Part shown: piece after piece, positions 15,960 to 31,809 of the stretch
Layout: every line of letters starts with the position of its first letter
Position numbering within the stretch: position 1 is the stretch's first letter
Source: the human T2T-CHM13v2.0 reference genome, Homo sapiens
Length of the DNA stretch: 64,000 bases
Reading direction: 5' to 3' (one strand)
Assembly (NCBI RefSeq): GCF_009914755.1
Contig: NC_060928.1
Position numbers and translations under genes: made by a program
Notes under the pieces: model-generated
The model's database searches: none
Seen by the model: only the letters and a program-made list of their open reading frames with translations
Told to the model about the DNA's origin: nothing

Positions 15960-17760
15960 ACTTTAAAAATTTGAGATCAAATTTACATAACATAAACTTA
16001 ACCATTGTAAAGTGTGGAACTGAGTGGCATTTAGCAGGTTCACAGTGTTGTGCAACTACCGTTTCTATCTCGTTCCAAACATTCTCACCACCCCAAAAGA
16101 AACTACTACATTTAAGGGTAAGCTTTTAAATATAATGTAATACAGAGAGGTGTGCAATCATCACATCTTAGTGTGGAAATTGATGAATTCCTACAAAGTG
16201 AACATTTATTATATAACTACTCCTCAATCAAGAAGTAAAACATTACCAGTAGTTTCAGAATCCTTCCTTGTTCCACCTTCAGTTTCAATATTATTTTGAT
16301 TTCTATCTAGATTAATTTTGCAAGTATTTAAACTTTATGTATGTGGAATTCATACTGTGTACTCTTTTATGTCTGTGGCTTTTACTTACGTTTCAAAATC
16401 ATCTATATTGTCGTGTATAGCAATAGTTAACGTATTTTCATTGTTGGTGTAGTGTCCCATTGTGTAAACATGCTTCAATTTATTTAGTTATTCTACACTG
16501 ATATTTCATTATTTGGTTTTTTTTTTTTTTTTCATATTTTGGCTATTGCTAACAGTGCCACTATGAATTGTCATGTGCATATGTTTTAGTGCACATTATG
16601 TACACAGTTCTGTATGATTTATATCACAGAATGGAATGCTTAGATCATAGAATATGTATATTTCAGCATTATCAGATACTATCAGAGATACTTCCATTTC
16701 TTTTTTTTTTGTCAATTACCCTATTCAAAGATACTACCAAAGTGGATATAGCATGTACATTTCTACTAGCAATGTGTGAGAATACTAGTTACTCCACATC
16801 TTCACCTATACATGATAACAGTTTTTAAAAAATTGGCTATTCCAGTGTGGTTGCAGTAGTCTCTCATTTTGGTTTCAATTTATGTTTACTTGATGATTTA
16901 TGAGTTTAAATGCCTTTTTGTGTGTTTATTGGCTTTTTAGATTGCCTCTTTTAAAGCACCTATTCAGTCCTTTTCCCTGTTTTATAGGAGTTCATTATGC
17001 ATTCTGATTATGAATCCTTTTTCAGATACATGTACGGTATTGCAGTTATCTTCTCTCATTCTGTGGTATTTTTTTTACTCTCTTAAAGGAATCTTTTGGT
17101 GAAGATATCATCAATTCTAATGAAATCCAGCTAATCTTTTCCTTTATTCTAAGCCAGTCTCAGTCACTTATGCCTGCAATCCCAGCACTTTGGAAGGCTG
17201 AGGCAGGAGGATTGCTCGAGGCCAGGAGTTTGAGACCAACCTGGGCAACAAAGTGAGACTCTGTCTCTACAATAAAAATGGAAAAGAAAAAAAATTAGTT
17301 TTGATTGCACCACTGCACTCCTGCTAGGCACCAGAGCAAAACCCCGTCTCAAAAACCAAACAAACACCACCACCACCAACAACAACAACAACAAAAACTT
17401 TTTCTTTTCCTTTATTCTTAGTGTTTTTTTTTGTTCTGTTTAACAAGTCTTCCCATACCTCAAGGTCACAAAGATATTCTCCTGTTTTGTTCTAGAAGTT
17501 TTATTTTTGTGTATTCACATTTAGATCTGCCTACCTGCAGTTAATTTTTTAAATATGATGTGGGTTAAGAGTTCAGATTCATTTTTTTCCCATATGAATA
17601 ACTAGTTGACCCCACACCATTTGTTGGAAAAAACTTTGCTTTTTCTAATGTACTACAGTGACATCTTTGTCATGTATCAAGTGGCTATATTTTTGTAGAT
17701 CTGTTTCTGGACTTTCTACTGTGTTACATTGAAATAATTGTCTTATCCATATGCCAATGC
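15960..17760 (-). mobile_element. Old L1M/L1ME fragments interrupted by an internally deleted AluJ (17163-17395, +) with an (ACC)n(AAC)n tail
   Basis: Degenerate antisense L1 3'-region motifs; Alu left arm followed by a truncated right arm. Confidence 0.65.
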
Positions 17761-18399
17761 CCAGGATATATATGAGTTTTGTTTTTTAAATTTGTTTTTG
17801 TCTTTTATTGATTTATAGTCTGTTTGCATTTAACATAATCACCAATATGTTTGGTTTCAGACCATCCTCTATTTGTTTTCTGTTTGTCACATCTGTTCTT
17901 TCCTCTCCCCTTATTTCTGTTACCTTCAAAACCTTGTTATATGTTCTCTTACTTTTTGTTCAGTAGGCTACCCTAGAGATTATTACATGTATCCTTGATT
18001 TATTAGTTCTAGGCATTGGTACTTTTACCACTTCATGGAAAATGCAGGGACTTCAGAATACTTTACCTCTTTTTACCCCTTTCTGCTTCCTTACCATTTT
18101 CTCACCAGGAAATAGGTCAAGAATGAAAATGGTTGAGACTATTGGGTTTTACCTTTCTTTGTTTCACTTCTTTTCAGAATATTGACACTTCAAGTTCTGG
18201 CTCCCTTGGATATTTACTGGTTTAAAATACAATATTTTGCTGTTATTTGTCATTTGCTGTCTTTATCACAGATTTTTTTTCTAATTTTAATGACAAAATT
18301 ATAAACAAGAAAAATACATATATTCATAATTTGAAACAGGTGAAATTAATAGCATACCCATTTTTTCTGTGTTTAAATAGCTCTTTAGCCCTTTATGTG

Positions 18400-18810
18400 A
18401 GGCAGAAAATTAACTCCAGGAAGTAGAAAGATATAGGAAGAGCTGACTCCTTCCACCTTCCCACGTTGCCGTCAAGTGCTGGTGATGTCTTTACTCATGG
18501 TCTTCAACAGGAGAGAGTGCCAAGCAGTAAGGATGGGGCAAGGGCATAAAAAGGATCTATTTGTGTTGCTCTTTTATCAGGGAGGATAATTTTTCTAGAA
18601 CCTTATCATTAGACTTCCTTATGTGTCACTGGCCATAATTGGGTCACATGCCCACCCCAAGACTGATAACTGGCAAAGGGGAATGAAATTACTGATTGGT
18701 TAGGACAATTATGATTCCTTCTCTGAAATTAGGCACTTTAACATGCAAACAAGAGGAAGGCCCAATTAGCACGTATAAAGTTGGAATGACTATAGCGTAG
18801 GCAACCATTG
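18400..18810. mobile_element. Old MaLR LTR (MLT1-like)
   Basis: Motif ctggccataattgggtcacatgcccacccc...ggcaaagggga. Confidence 0.5.
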
Positions 18811-18816
18811 GTGTTT

Positions 18817-19113
18817 TCTTTTCTTTTTTTGGAGACAGAGTCTCGCTCTTTTGCCTAGTCTGGAGTGCGGTGGTACAATGATGGCTAACTACAGCCTTTA
18901 CCTCCTGGGCTCAAGAGATACTTGTGCCTCAGCCTTCTGAGTAGCTAGGACCACAGTTGCACACCACTAGACCCAGCTAATTTTTTAAAATTTTTTGTAA
19001 CAATGGGGTCTCACTGTGTTGCCCAGGCTGGTTTTGAACTTTTAGGTTCGAACGATCCTCTTGCCTTGGCCTCCCAAAGTGCTGGGATTACAGGCATGAG
19101 CCACTGTGCCCAG
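18817..19113 (-). mobile_element. AluJ
   Basis: Diverged antisense Alu with J features. Confidence 0.88.
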
Positions 19114-19689
19114 TCTATTGGTAGTTTATATAAAGAGTCTGTCCTCAAAGTTAGTGTAGTTGAAGGTATAAGTTGTGGAGTAGCAGTCAAAAATAACTGT
19201 GTGAGTTTTAAATTCGGTGGTACAGATTCCAAATGTTACATGTCACCAAAAAAAGATATCATTTTGATATCCCTTTAGAATTGGGAAGGTTGTAAAGGGA
19301 AGATAATGCATGAAGATCCAGCAATAGGGATAATTATTATATATGTGAAACAGTGAATGTCCTTTTTTAAGACAGTGAATATTCTTTCTTTCAACATAGC
19401 TGATATTCTTCTGTTAACAGTAGCAGGGAGGGGAATGTCTTGGAAGAAGTTGGAGCCTCACATTAGGTCTCTCACTATGGGTTAAGGCAGATTTCAGAGG
19501 AAAAAACTTATTTCTGTTTCTGCTCAGTATCTGGGGAGTATGGAAGTGGTTAGTAAGTCAAGCAGTAATTCTTCGTGACTCCATATCTTTTTAGCATACC
19601 AAAAAATAACTATTACCAGAAGGTACTGATAGTGTTTTTTTGAATATGTGTTGAATGAAAATCCATGATGTTCAGTGGCTTTCAAGTTG

Positions 19690-19940
19690 GTGACCTGAAT
19701 TTACATCCTGGTTCTGTCACTTATTCTCTCTCTAACTTTTGGCAAGTCACATAGCCTGTTTATACTTCAGTTTATTCCCACGTACAACATAGTAGTAAAC
19801 TCCTAAATAATAAAGTCTTTAAATGATTGCTCTGAGAATTAAATGCATATAGAGATCTTAACAAATAATGCATATAGAATCCTTAGCAGTGTGACTGGCT
19901 TATGGTAAGGTAAGGACTCACTAAATAGTAGCTGTTTCTG
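19690..19940 (+). mobile_element. MIR
   Basis: atcctggttctgtcactta...ggcaagtcac...cttcagttt. Confidence 0.6.
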
Positions 19941-20894
19941 TTTTCTTCTAGATTACTTTCCCTTTGGATATGTTAGACTCTGTACCCCCAACGTAAGCAG
20001 TTTTCTTTTATGTTCATGTTCAAATGAGATGTCAGTAACATCTCTACTAGTATTAATGAAAAGCTGTAGCTCTAGAACTCAAATATGACATCTGGATTAG
20101 GATTTAGCTTGTCAGAGATAAACTGCTTTGGAATCTACTGACTTCAGTAGATATCTGTTGCATAGCCCTTGCTTTGAAAGTAACTATGTGTACTTAATAA
20201 TCTCAAAAATGTAATCAATCTGCTCAGAGTGAGTGCTAAACAATCTAGAGTACACTGATTAAAAAATAGAAGTTATTCTGTATAATGATGACTAGTAGTA
20301 TCAGTCAGAAATGTCAGCTAGCAAAAAGCTGAAAAAGTAGGCCTGAAATGTGTTTATATTAGGTATATCTAATTTGAATGAGTCATTTTGGTCAATAATT
20401 CAGATTCCATGGAAAATGCAAAATTTTTTTATTGCAAGTAACAGGAAGGGAGAGCCAAGATTTTGTTGCCAGAGTTGTATTCATTAAAGAGAACCATATG
20501 GCTCTTGACTCATTGAAAATGAAGCACATGACTGTTCATGAGTGCAGCTTTAGAATTATTCTTATAATAGATAGTACTATCTTCACTTGAAGTAAGAGAA
20601 GTTATTGAGATTGACTGATGGGGTAAAAACTGTGATCAGCCATGTTTAAGCAAATTAACTTTCAGTAGTTAATTTATGTTGATAACGTGATTATGCTAGT
20701 AAGTTTAAAATTTAGGCGCCTATATCCTTTTTTATCACACCTGAAATGTTTACTTGACAACATCAAGGGTCTCCCAGGTTTCTGATTATGTATAGACTGA
20801 GAGGGAAATGTGAGAGGAGTAAGAGTTGAGAGGGCTCACTCCTAAGTGTTTGATTTCCTATCTATACATAACTTTAAAAAATAAAAATAAAAAC

Positions 20895-21063
20895 AGCCTT
20901 GGAAGCTGGGTGCCTGTAGTCCCAGCTGCTTGGGAGGCTGAGGCAAGAGGATTGCTTGAGCCCAGGTATTCAAGGCTGTGGGGTGCTATGATCGCACCTG
21001 TGAATAGCCCCTGCACTCTGGCCTAGGCAACAGTGAAACCCAGTCTCTAAATAAAAATAAAAA
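20895..21063 (+). mobile_element. Alu monomer (FRAM/FAM-like)
   Basis: Single Alu arm with an A-tail. Confidence 0.8.
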
Positions 21064-21865
21064 ACCTTTGGAAATACTAAAATGCAAATGTGAGGTTTTC
21101 TGATTTATTGGGAATCTTGGGGCATGTGATAACTGGGAATGGAATCCAGAGAAATTACATAGATTATTATATTCTACTTCCCATATATGTAACATTCTGA
21201 GCTTCAGAACTCAGAAACCACATAGTAGACAAGGCTCAGAGGTGGACTGTCCTGGTCAAGGTGTTGTGATCCTACCACCTGTGCTAAAACTTAAGCTACC
21301 TTCTGAGCTATTACAAGAGATTCCAGTATTTTCATTCAAATATCTATTGTTAGATTGAGCTTTATTCAAAATATTTGTAAGTTTATTCATCTGGTATTCT
21401 TCTGGGTGGCATATTCATAACTACTGCCTACACAAGACGTTTCAAAAGAAGAAGCTTGGCAAAGTAGATGCAGAGTGATAATGCCAGAAGCTGAGTGGCC
21501 ATCTCTTAGTGTGAAGACACCTCCTAGAGTGAGGGTACACAACACAAATACAGGGTCCAGCCTTTCCTCCTGTAAACGCAGAAACATGGCATCAACATGA
21601 AACTAGCTGTCTCTAAGAGGCGGATTCATATTAACTAGGGTTTTAGATCTCATTAGGTAAAACCATAATACAAATGTATTTATAGTGAGAAATATACTAA
21701 TAATCTACTTCATTCCAAAAAAGGATATAAAGCAACTTAAAGGGATAAACAGAATTCAATCATTTGCATAAGTATCTGACACAGACGAAGCAAAGGGAAA
21801 ACAACTTGAGGTGACGTAAAATGTAGATATGAGACCAATAAAAGTTACCAATATACATTTTAAAA

Positions 21866-22016
21866 TTTATTTTTTTTTTTAACTTTAAAAAATGTTTTGT
21901 AGAGATGGGATCTCACTATGTTGACCAGGCTAGTCTCAAACTCCTGGCCGCAAGCTCTCCTCCTGCCTCAGCCTCCCAAAGTGGTGGGATTATAAGTGTG
22001 ATCCACCATGCCCGAT
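21866..22016 (-). mobile_element. Alu left monomer (FLAM-like)
   Basis: Single antisense arm. Confidence 0.8.
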
Positions 22017-22272
22017 TTACCAGTATACTTCTTGAGAGGAGACTACAAATTTGCCTCTAAACTTCATAGCAGCAAGTAAATAAAAGAACCTGTTTAGTTA
22101 AATGATTCAAAGTGTTTATAAAACAAAAACCTAACCAATTGTTCAGCAGACACCCTATTACTAATATTAAGATAAATCTCCGGTGACATTATGAAGTGTT
22201 TACTAGCTAGTGTATGAAACAGTGATTTTTAGGAATATGCTTGGAGTAAGCAGTAAAATTTCACAGGGCTTT

Positions 22273-22606
22273 GTTTTTTGTTTTTTGTTTTTGAGATGGG
22301 ATCTGGCTCTGTTGCCCAGGCTCTCTTGCCAGACAGGGGTCTGACTCTGTCACACCCAGTGGCACAATCTCAGCTCATTCTAACCTCTGCCTCCCAGGCT
22401 CAAGCCATCCTCCCACCTCAGCCTCCTGAGTAGCTGGGACTACAGGTGTGCACCACCACACCTGGCTAATTGTTTTGTATTTTGTTTGTAGAGACGGGGT
22501 TTCTCCATGTTGCTCAGGCTGGTCTGCAACTCCTGGGCTCAAGCAATCTACCTGCCTTGGCCTTTCAAAGTGCTGGGACTACAGGCGTAAGCCACCGTGC
22601 CCGTCC
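22273..22606 (-). mobile_element. AluJ
   Basis: TSD tcacagggcttt on both sides. Confidence 0.88.
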
Positions 22607-23014
22607 TCACAGGGCTTTTATTATTAACATTCTTCAATATCTCCTACTTGAATCACAAGATTCCACAATGACACCATTATTATATAGTATAAACATTGAT
22701 TATTTGTGATGTTCTGGCAGGATTCATAGGTGTATTTTAGACTATCTTCGAATAGATGGACTGTATAGAGAGTTTCAGGAGGTCATCAATGTATATTTTT
22801 TCTGAGGTTTGATATATATTAGGTAACAGTGATTTTAGAATTATAACAGAGCTATATTATAAAAGAGTATATTATTTACATTTAGCTAGTTTTTCTTTAG
22901 CAACAGAACACAACCCAGCTGAATGTAAGACTGAATAGAAGCCACCAGAAGTCATCTTAATGAAAAGTAAAGGCTATGCCAATGGGCAAAGTCAGGAGTC
23001 TTCATTCAAAATAA

Positions 23015-23592
<578 letters not shown>

Positions 23593-23599
23593 GCTGTCT

Positions 23600-24997
23600 G
23601 GCTCACAGTGGTGAATACAAGTTTTCCAAAATTTAGTTTTTGCTTGAGAGCTCAAATTTTTTTTATTGGCAACAATATACTGTCAGTTGTTTTACTTGAA
23701 AAGACAGGTTGAGAAAATGTCTGGCAAAATCTTTAGCCTAAATAACTAAAGTGAGTGTGTCAGTTTTTCTTTCAAAGAAAAATGGTGTACCATGAAAAAT
23801 GTTCAGCCCACAACTCAAATATTCAGATAAGTGCTTTTCCTCAGGACGGAACATTGTACAACAGTATGAGCGAAAGTGTTCTGTTCGTTCTTTCTACTTT
23901 GTTACACAGAATATTAAAAAGATGTGTACTCAAGAGTTGTGATTTAATAAAATGAATACTTACTGTTTTATCAAGAACATTTGGAAGTGAAACAGGCTTT
24001 TGTTTTCTGCAAATTCATGTTGATGAAAAATATAACAACTGCTTTTTTTTTTCTTTTTTTTTTTTTTGAGATGGAGTCTCCCTCTGTTGCCCAGGCCGGA
24101 GCACGATCTTGGCTCACTGCAACCTCCGCCTCCCGGGTTCAAGCAATTCTCGTGCTTTGGCCTTCTGAGTAGCTGGGATTACAGATGTACACCACCACGC
24201 CTGGCTAATTTTTGTCTTTTTAGTAGAGATGGCCAGGCTAGTCTTGAACTCCTGATTTCAAGTGATCCGCCCGCCTCAGCCTCCCAAAGTGTTGGGATTA
24301 CAGGCGTGAGCCACCGTGCCTGGCCAATACAACAAGTTCTAGTAAATTTTGGTGCCACTGTTTTGATTTATGCTAGATATCAAGCTGTCTTCCTCACTAT
24401 TGCTTTTGTACTATAAATGAAAGGCCAATACAATGAACAAGACAAAGAATGTTATGGTCTGCTTAATAATGGCCATCCCCACACCCGAATTCCCAAAACC
24501 TGTAAATATGTTACCTTTCATGTTAAAATGGACTTTGTGATTAAATATCTAGAGATGGAGTGATTATCCTGGATTATCTGGGTATCTCTGATGTAATCAC
24601 AAGGGTCCTTAAAAGAGGGAGGCAGGAGGATCAGAGTTAGTGGTAGCAGACATGATAATGGAAACAAGAAGTCATGTGAGAAAAAGGCCATAATCCGAGG
24701 AATGAAAGTGGCCTTTGGAAGCTAGAAAAGGCGAGGAAACAGATTCTCCCCTGAAGCCTCCAAAAGGAACACTGCCCTGCTGACACACCTTGATCTTAGA
24801 CTTCTGGTCTCCAGAACTATAAGAAAATAAATTTGTGTTGTTTTAAGCTACTAAGTTTATGGCAGTGTGTTACGATAACAGTAGGAAACGGACACGGATA
24901 TCTTAGTATTATCGAAAGTGTTGTTTTTAACCTTGTGGACACCTGAGAAAGATTTTTGGGGTCTCTCGACAATTCTTGACCACACTTTGAGAATTCT
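23600..24997. mobile_element. Charlie1-like hAT DNA transposon fragment with a nested Alu (24043-24325, -) and an MLT1C/D-like LTR (24449-24895)
   Basis: Homologous by eye to 62410-63105 (ctcacagtg..atacaagttt..caaaatt..gagagctcaaatt). The LTR has gattatcctggattatctgggt...ccagaactataagaaaataaatttgtgttgttttaag. Confidence 0.7.
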
Positions 24998-26069
24998 AAG
25001 ATAAGCTAGCTGCCAAATGCACACTGGGTACATGAATAAGGTGACTTGTTATATTGTATTAAAAACTTTAAGAGTGAAGGGTTTATATAAAAAGGGTAAA
25101 ATGTACATATATGATTTCCCAATTCTCTTCAAATATTATATACACACACAGAAAAAACATTGGAGGAAAATACACCAAAATAATGTGCTTTTTCTTCATG
25201 ATGGAATTTGGGGATTTATAATTTTTCTTTATACTTTCAGTATTTTCCAAATTGTCAGCAATTTGGCTGCAGAATTAGAAAACTGAATTTAAACTTCCAG
25301 GTCATTCCGAGGTATATTTGTATATAGGATAGAACATATTAATAGTTTAAACTTGATGTATAACTAAATATTTTGTCCATATGGTAATTGGGCCTTCTGT
25401 TGTACTATTGCCCTGGCCCTTGTAAATGTTAGGTTTGAGCTTGTGCCTGGCTGTCATTTTTCCAGGTCTTTATACATGGTCCTTTGTCTAGAATACTAGT
25501 AGTATTCCAATACCAAGTAGTGCTAAAGTACTACTTTTACTTTGCTTCTTAAATTAGCCCTCAGTCCCTTTAGTAAGCCTTACCTTACTACTCAGTTAAA
25601 GTTAAGGGCCCCTCGTATGTAGTAAACTGGGTGTTGCTTCTATTGTGCTTGCATTCTTGACTTTATCTGTATTTGTCTTACTTGTTTATAGCCTGCCCTC
25701 CTCCTAAATTGAGCAACACATTTTTTTTCAGTAAAATTATCCTAGTAATTTCTGTTAGTTTGTAAGTAATTTATTTTCCTATGTACATAGTTCTGTTTAG
25801 AGCTGATTCATTACATTTTGATTACATAGTTTAACTCTTGATGAGCATTCTTATTTTTTTCTATTTCCAAGTTTTGTGGGGAAGGGATATTCATATATAA
25901 TGGGCAGCCATATATACTGTTTATTTTATCCTTCCTTCTTACAAATGTCTAATATATTGGCATGCATAGAGTAGGAGCTCGTTAAGAGTTTACTTCTTTG
26001 TAAAATAGTCATCTATTCAACATATTCACTGCTCATATTTTATACCTTTTAGGAGTCTTTTTTCCTTTT

Positions 26070-26380
26070 TAATTATTATTTTTGAGACAGAGTCTCACTC
26101 TGTCATTCAGGCTAGAGTGCCCTGGTGATATTTTGGCTCACTACAACCTCTGCCTCCCAGGTGGAGTGTTGAAGTGATTCTCGTGCCTCAGCCTTCCGAG
26201 TAGCTGGGACTACAGGCATGTGCCACCATGCCCAGCTAAGTTTTTATACTTTTTTTTTTCAGTAGAGATGGGTTTCGCTATGTTGGCCAGGCTGGTCTCG
26301 AATTCTTGACCTCAAATGATCTGCCCCCCTCGGCCTTCCAAAATGCTGGGATTACAGGCGTGAGCCACAGCACTCAGACC
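26070..26380 (-). mobile_element. AluS/J
   Basis: Antisense Alu dimer. Confidence 0.88.
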
Positions 26381-26887
26381 TTTTAAATTATCGAACTAAT
26401 ACAGTTATATAAAGTTTTGGTTTAGCTGGACACTAAACTGGTGGGTTATTCAGTAGAGTAGCAGGATATAAGCCACTTATCTATATTGTTAAACTGTATT
26501 GCATAAGGGCCCACCAAAATGGTAGTGTAATCCAGAAGGAAATAGGGATAGAATAGAAAGCCAGGAGAAAACCACAGAGGAAAATGGCTACCTGCCTGAC
26601 ATTAGTCAGTGTCATCACACCCTTTTAGATTTTCTCATCTAAAAAATGAAGGGAAACATATCTATTCTACCTACCTGATTCAGATTAGTTTTGGAAACAA
26701 AAGAATACGGTAGAAGAAATGATGGAAGTGTTGCTATTTAATATTATATGTGAGAGTCCTTTATGATAATTTTAGCCTGAGTGCCCAAAGTTTAAACTTA
26801 CTTATACTTTCTGCAGCTATCAAACAGACTACCTACATCATGACATTCAGATAGATTATCCTGGGTTCATAAAAATCTTATATGGTT

Positions 26888-27185
26888 GGCTGGGCGTGGT
26901 GGCTCATGCCTGTAATGCCAACACTTTGGGAGGCTGAGGTGGGTGGATGGATCTCTTGATCCCAGGAATTCGAGACCAGCCTGGGCAATATGGCGAAATC
27001 CTGTCTCTACAAAAAATAGAAAAATTAGCTGGACATGGTGGTGCTTGTCTGTGGTCCTCAATATGCAGGAGGCTGAGATGGGAAGATCACTTGAGCCTGG
27101 GGAGGTCAAGGCTGCAGTTAGCCGAGATCAGCCACTGCACTCCAGCCTGGGTGACAGAGCAAGACCCCATCTCAAGAAAAAAAAA
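26888..27185 (+). mobile_element. AluJ
   Basis: Sense Alu with TSD aaaaatcttatat. Confidence 0.9.
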
Positions 27186-27199
27186 TCTTATATAGTTAA

Positions 27200-28165
27200 C
27201 TTTAGGTCTTAGTAATGACTTGGATTGCCTAGGAGAAATGGCAGAGTCTAGGACTGAGAGAGTAGAAATACAAGATGTGGCCAGAGTGTCTTGTAGTACC
27301 AGGAGTGAAGAAGTACTCATAAAACAAAGGATGGGGGCACATCAGAGGAACACAGGAACTTACCTGAAGAAGCTCCTAAGGGTCAAAGCTGGAATAATTT
27401 GAGCAACAAAAATAATGTAGCATGAATTATAACTCAAAGTATAAAATAATCCCACATATATGATATAAAGGATATAAGTTGACATAAAGGATTGAATAAA
27501 TATGAGGCAAAAGAGACAAATCTCCCATCAAATAATTTATGTACCCATTCCATTCTATGGAGGAGAAGCTCAATTCCTACCTCCCTTGAGGGTGGACTGG
27601 ACTTAGTGACTTACTTCCAAAGAATAGAGTAGGGAAAAACCTGGAAAACACTATCTTAGCCAAATAGTGAACATTAATATCACCAGAGATAAATCATAGA
27701 TATCATGTACTCTTGATATGTGACAAGAAGAGCATGTCACCTTTGTGATAGTGTTTCCAAAGACCCATAATCCTAGTCTAATCATAAGAAAAGCAACTGA
27801 TGAGCTTAGACTGAATGACATTTTACAGGATACCTGACTAGTCAAGATCATGAAAACTAGGAAAGACTGAAAAACTAAGACCGAAGGAGTTCAGGGAGAC
27901 AAGATAGCTAAATGCAATGTGGATCCTGTATTGGGACCTGGAATAGAAAGAGGACACTCATGGAAAAGGTGCTGAAATCTATGTAAAGTCTGGAGTTTAC
28001 TTAATATACAAATGTCAAGTTTCTTAGTTTTGACAAATGTATCATGGAAATGTAACGTGTTAACAATTGGGGAAACTATGAATGAGAGGTATTTGGGACA
28101 TCTCTGTACTATCATTGCAACTTTCATAAATCTAAAATTATTCCAAAATGAAGTTTATTTTTAAA
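27200..28165 (+). mobile_element. L1MC-like 3' end
   Basis: ctaaatgcaatgtggatcct...tctctgtactatcattgcaactttc..taaatctaaaattattccaaaat. Confidence 0.7.
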
Positions 28166-28329
28166 AATGGACTGGAGTTAACTTTTAAATAATAAAAGCA
28201 AAATGTGCTTACTGTAGAAAATATAAATGATGAAAAATATAAGGTAGAAAATGAAAACTACCCATAATCCTACCACCCAGAGATAACTGATTATTTGGAT
28301 ATGTCTTTTTCTAGACTTAATTCTATGTG

Positions 28330-29430
<1,101 letters not shown>

Positions 29431-29545
29431 GTTTTTAATATATAAAACACTGCCTTATGGTGCAAGAGCTTAATCATTTTTAATGGTTGCATAATAATCA
29501 GATACACAAATGTATTTTCAGTTCCCAGAAATAAAACATCTGTTA

Positions 29546-29886
<341 letters not shown>

Positions 29887-31219
29887 TGAGTGGTGGAATT
29901 GTTGCTAAAGATAGTCTGAGTGCTGATAAAACAGTTGAGTTGGTTCTTTCTGTGACTAAGAATAATGAAGCTCTTTGTTTGATATTAACTGCTGGTAGAA
30001 AACATTAATAAAACAATCCAAGAAAGGTGTTTTAGGAAACACAGTATTCTCGTATGTAGATTTATAAGCACAGAAAAATTTCCAACAGTATAAAGTTGTG
30101 GTATAGCTCCAAGAAAAGTATTCTTAGTTAGAAGAATTTGGCTTTGCTACAGAGTTTCAAAGGTTATGTGTGCGCATATTGTCTTCAGTAGATGACAAGT
30201 TGATTTTAGTTTTATTGTTTTATCTGGCATTTTCCAATAACATTGGTAGTATTCTAATGAGTAAGACATTTGACTCTAAAGTCAAATTTGACAACATATA
30301 TTCTTAAGCCAGTTTAGAAAGTATAGAATGGTGGTTACATTGTAAATCTTTGGCAGAGTTTTTGTAAGAAATTCTTAAATGAAGTTAACATAACACTGCT
30401 ACCATTTAATGTCTGTCTGTTGGGAAAAGGTCAGAGCTCTTTTAAATGCTCTACTCTGAATTATTTTTAGAAATAAACAAATAATTCTAAAGTTCATCTG
30501 ATATTTATTCTAAGCAGGGTCATGTTCTTAATACATTTGACACTTCACATTCTGTTGCCAACTACTTTGTAAACATTTCTACACCTGTGTCTCCAGACTG
30601 CTTCAGCCAGAGCAACTTAGTTAACCTATTATACTTATATGAGGGAGTAGGAGACTGCCCAAATTTGTGCGTTTATATAAGAGTAAGGTAATGCATTTAG
30701 GGAAGACAAACTCATACTAGGTTTATGAAATGCTGTAATTCAGGATGTTACTAATGAACTAGGAAAGAAGTTGGTATTAATAATAAACTGGTGCCTTGAT
30801 AAAATTAGCCTAAGATGCCAGTGGAAAGTCAATCAAGTACTGGATAGATATCATCAGAAAGGTCATTGGAAAGAAATCAGCTTAATTTTATAATATACAG
30901 AAACTGGTGGTTTATACCTCACTTACCACCTTAATTATTGTCATTGCATTGCAAAAAAAATTTTTCTTCTTAAAAAAATTTCAAAGAAAGTTAACTAAAA
31001 TGATTACCTCTTCACTCTACCTTTCTCACCCTAATATCATGATGCGACAAATTAACTTTTCTTCTGTGCATGTAGAATATTACCTATGAACTGTCCTTGG
31101 GAGAATTGAGAAAATTTTCAAGCTTCATGTTTTGTGTTGTGGTTCTGGTTAAGAATTTCAGTTGAAAAGGGCTGGAGGAGTTATGTGCTAAACCTGTAAA
31201 ATCATAAGCTGAAGCAAAT

Positions 31220-31577
31220 ATAGTCATTTCTTGGTATTTGTGAGAGTTTGGCTCCAGGAGCCCCTCAGGTACCAAAATGCATGGATTTTCAAGTCCCCTA
31301 TATAAAATGACATAGTATTTGCATATCACCTACACACATCCTCTTATATGCTTTAAATTGTCTGTAGATTACTTATGATACCTGATAAAATGTAAATGTG
31401 TAAATAGTTGTGCTACTGTATTGCTCAGGGAATCATGACAAGAAGAAGAAGCCTGTTCATGTTCAGTACAGAACAACCATCCATTTTTTTCCTAAATATT
31501 TTCAAGCCATAGTTGGTTGAATCCACATATGTGGAAACCACAGATGTAGAATCCCTGGATACAGAAGATTGATTATA
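31220..31577. mobile_element. MER2-like (Tigger) DNA transposon
   Basis: caagtcccctatataaaatgacatagtatttgcatat..cctacacacatcctc...ttggttgaatcc. Confidence 0.75.
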
Positions 31578-31809
31578 CATAAAATAATAAGTCTATGGAC
31601 CTATTTTACACAGTTCTGAAATACAGAGGAAATTCCTTGGAAAAACCAGCACCTTAGAACACATTGAAGTCAGTTTAGATGCTTATGAAATTTGTTACCT
31701 ACAACTGATTGAGACTGTAAATAAGATTAAACTAGAAGGGTTTAGGTAGGGAAAAAAAGAAGAAATCCACATTAGATATTAATAGAATTAGAGATACTTA
31801 GGATATGTT

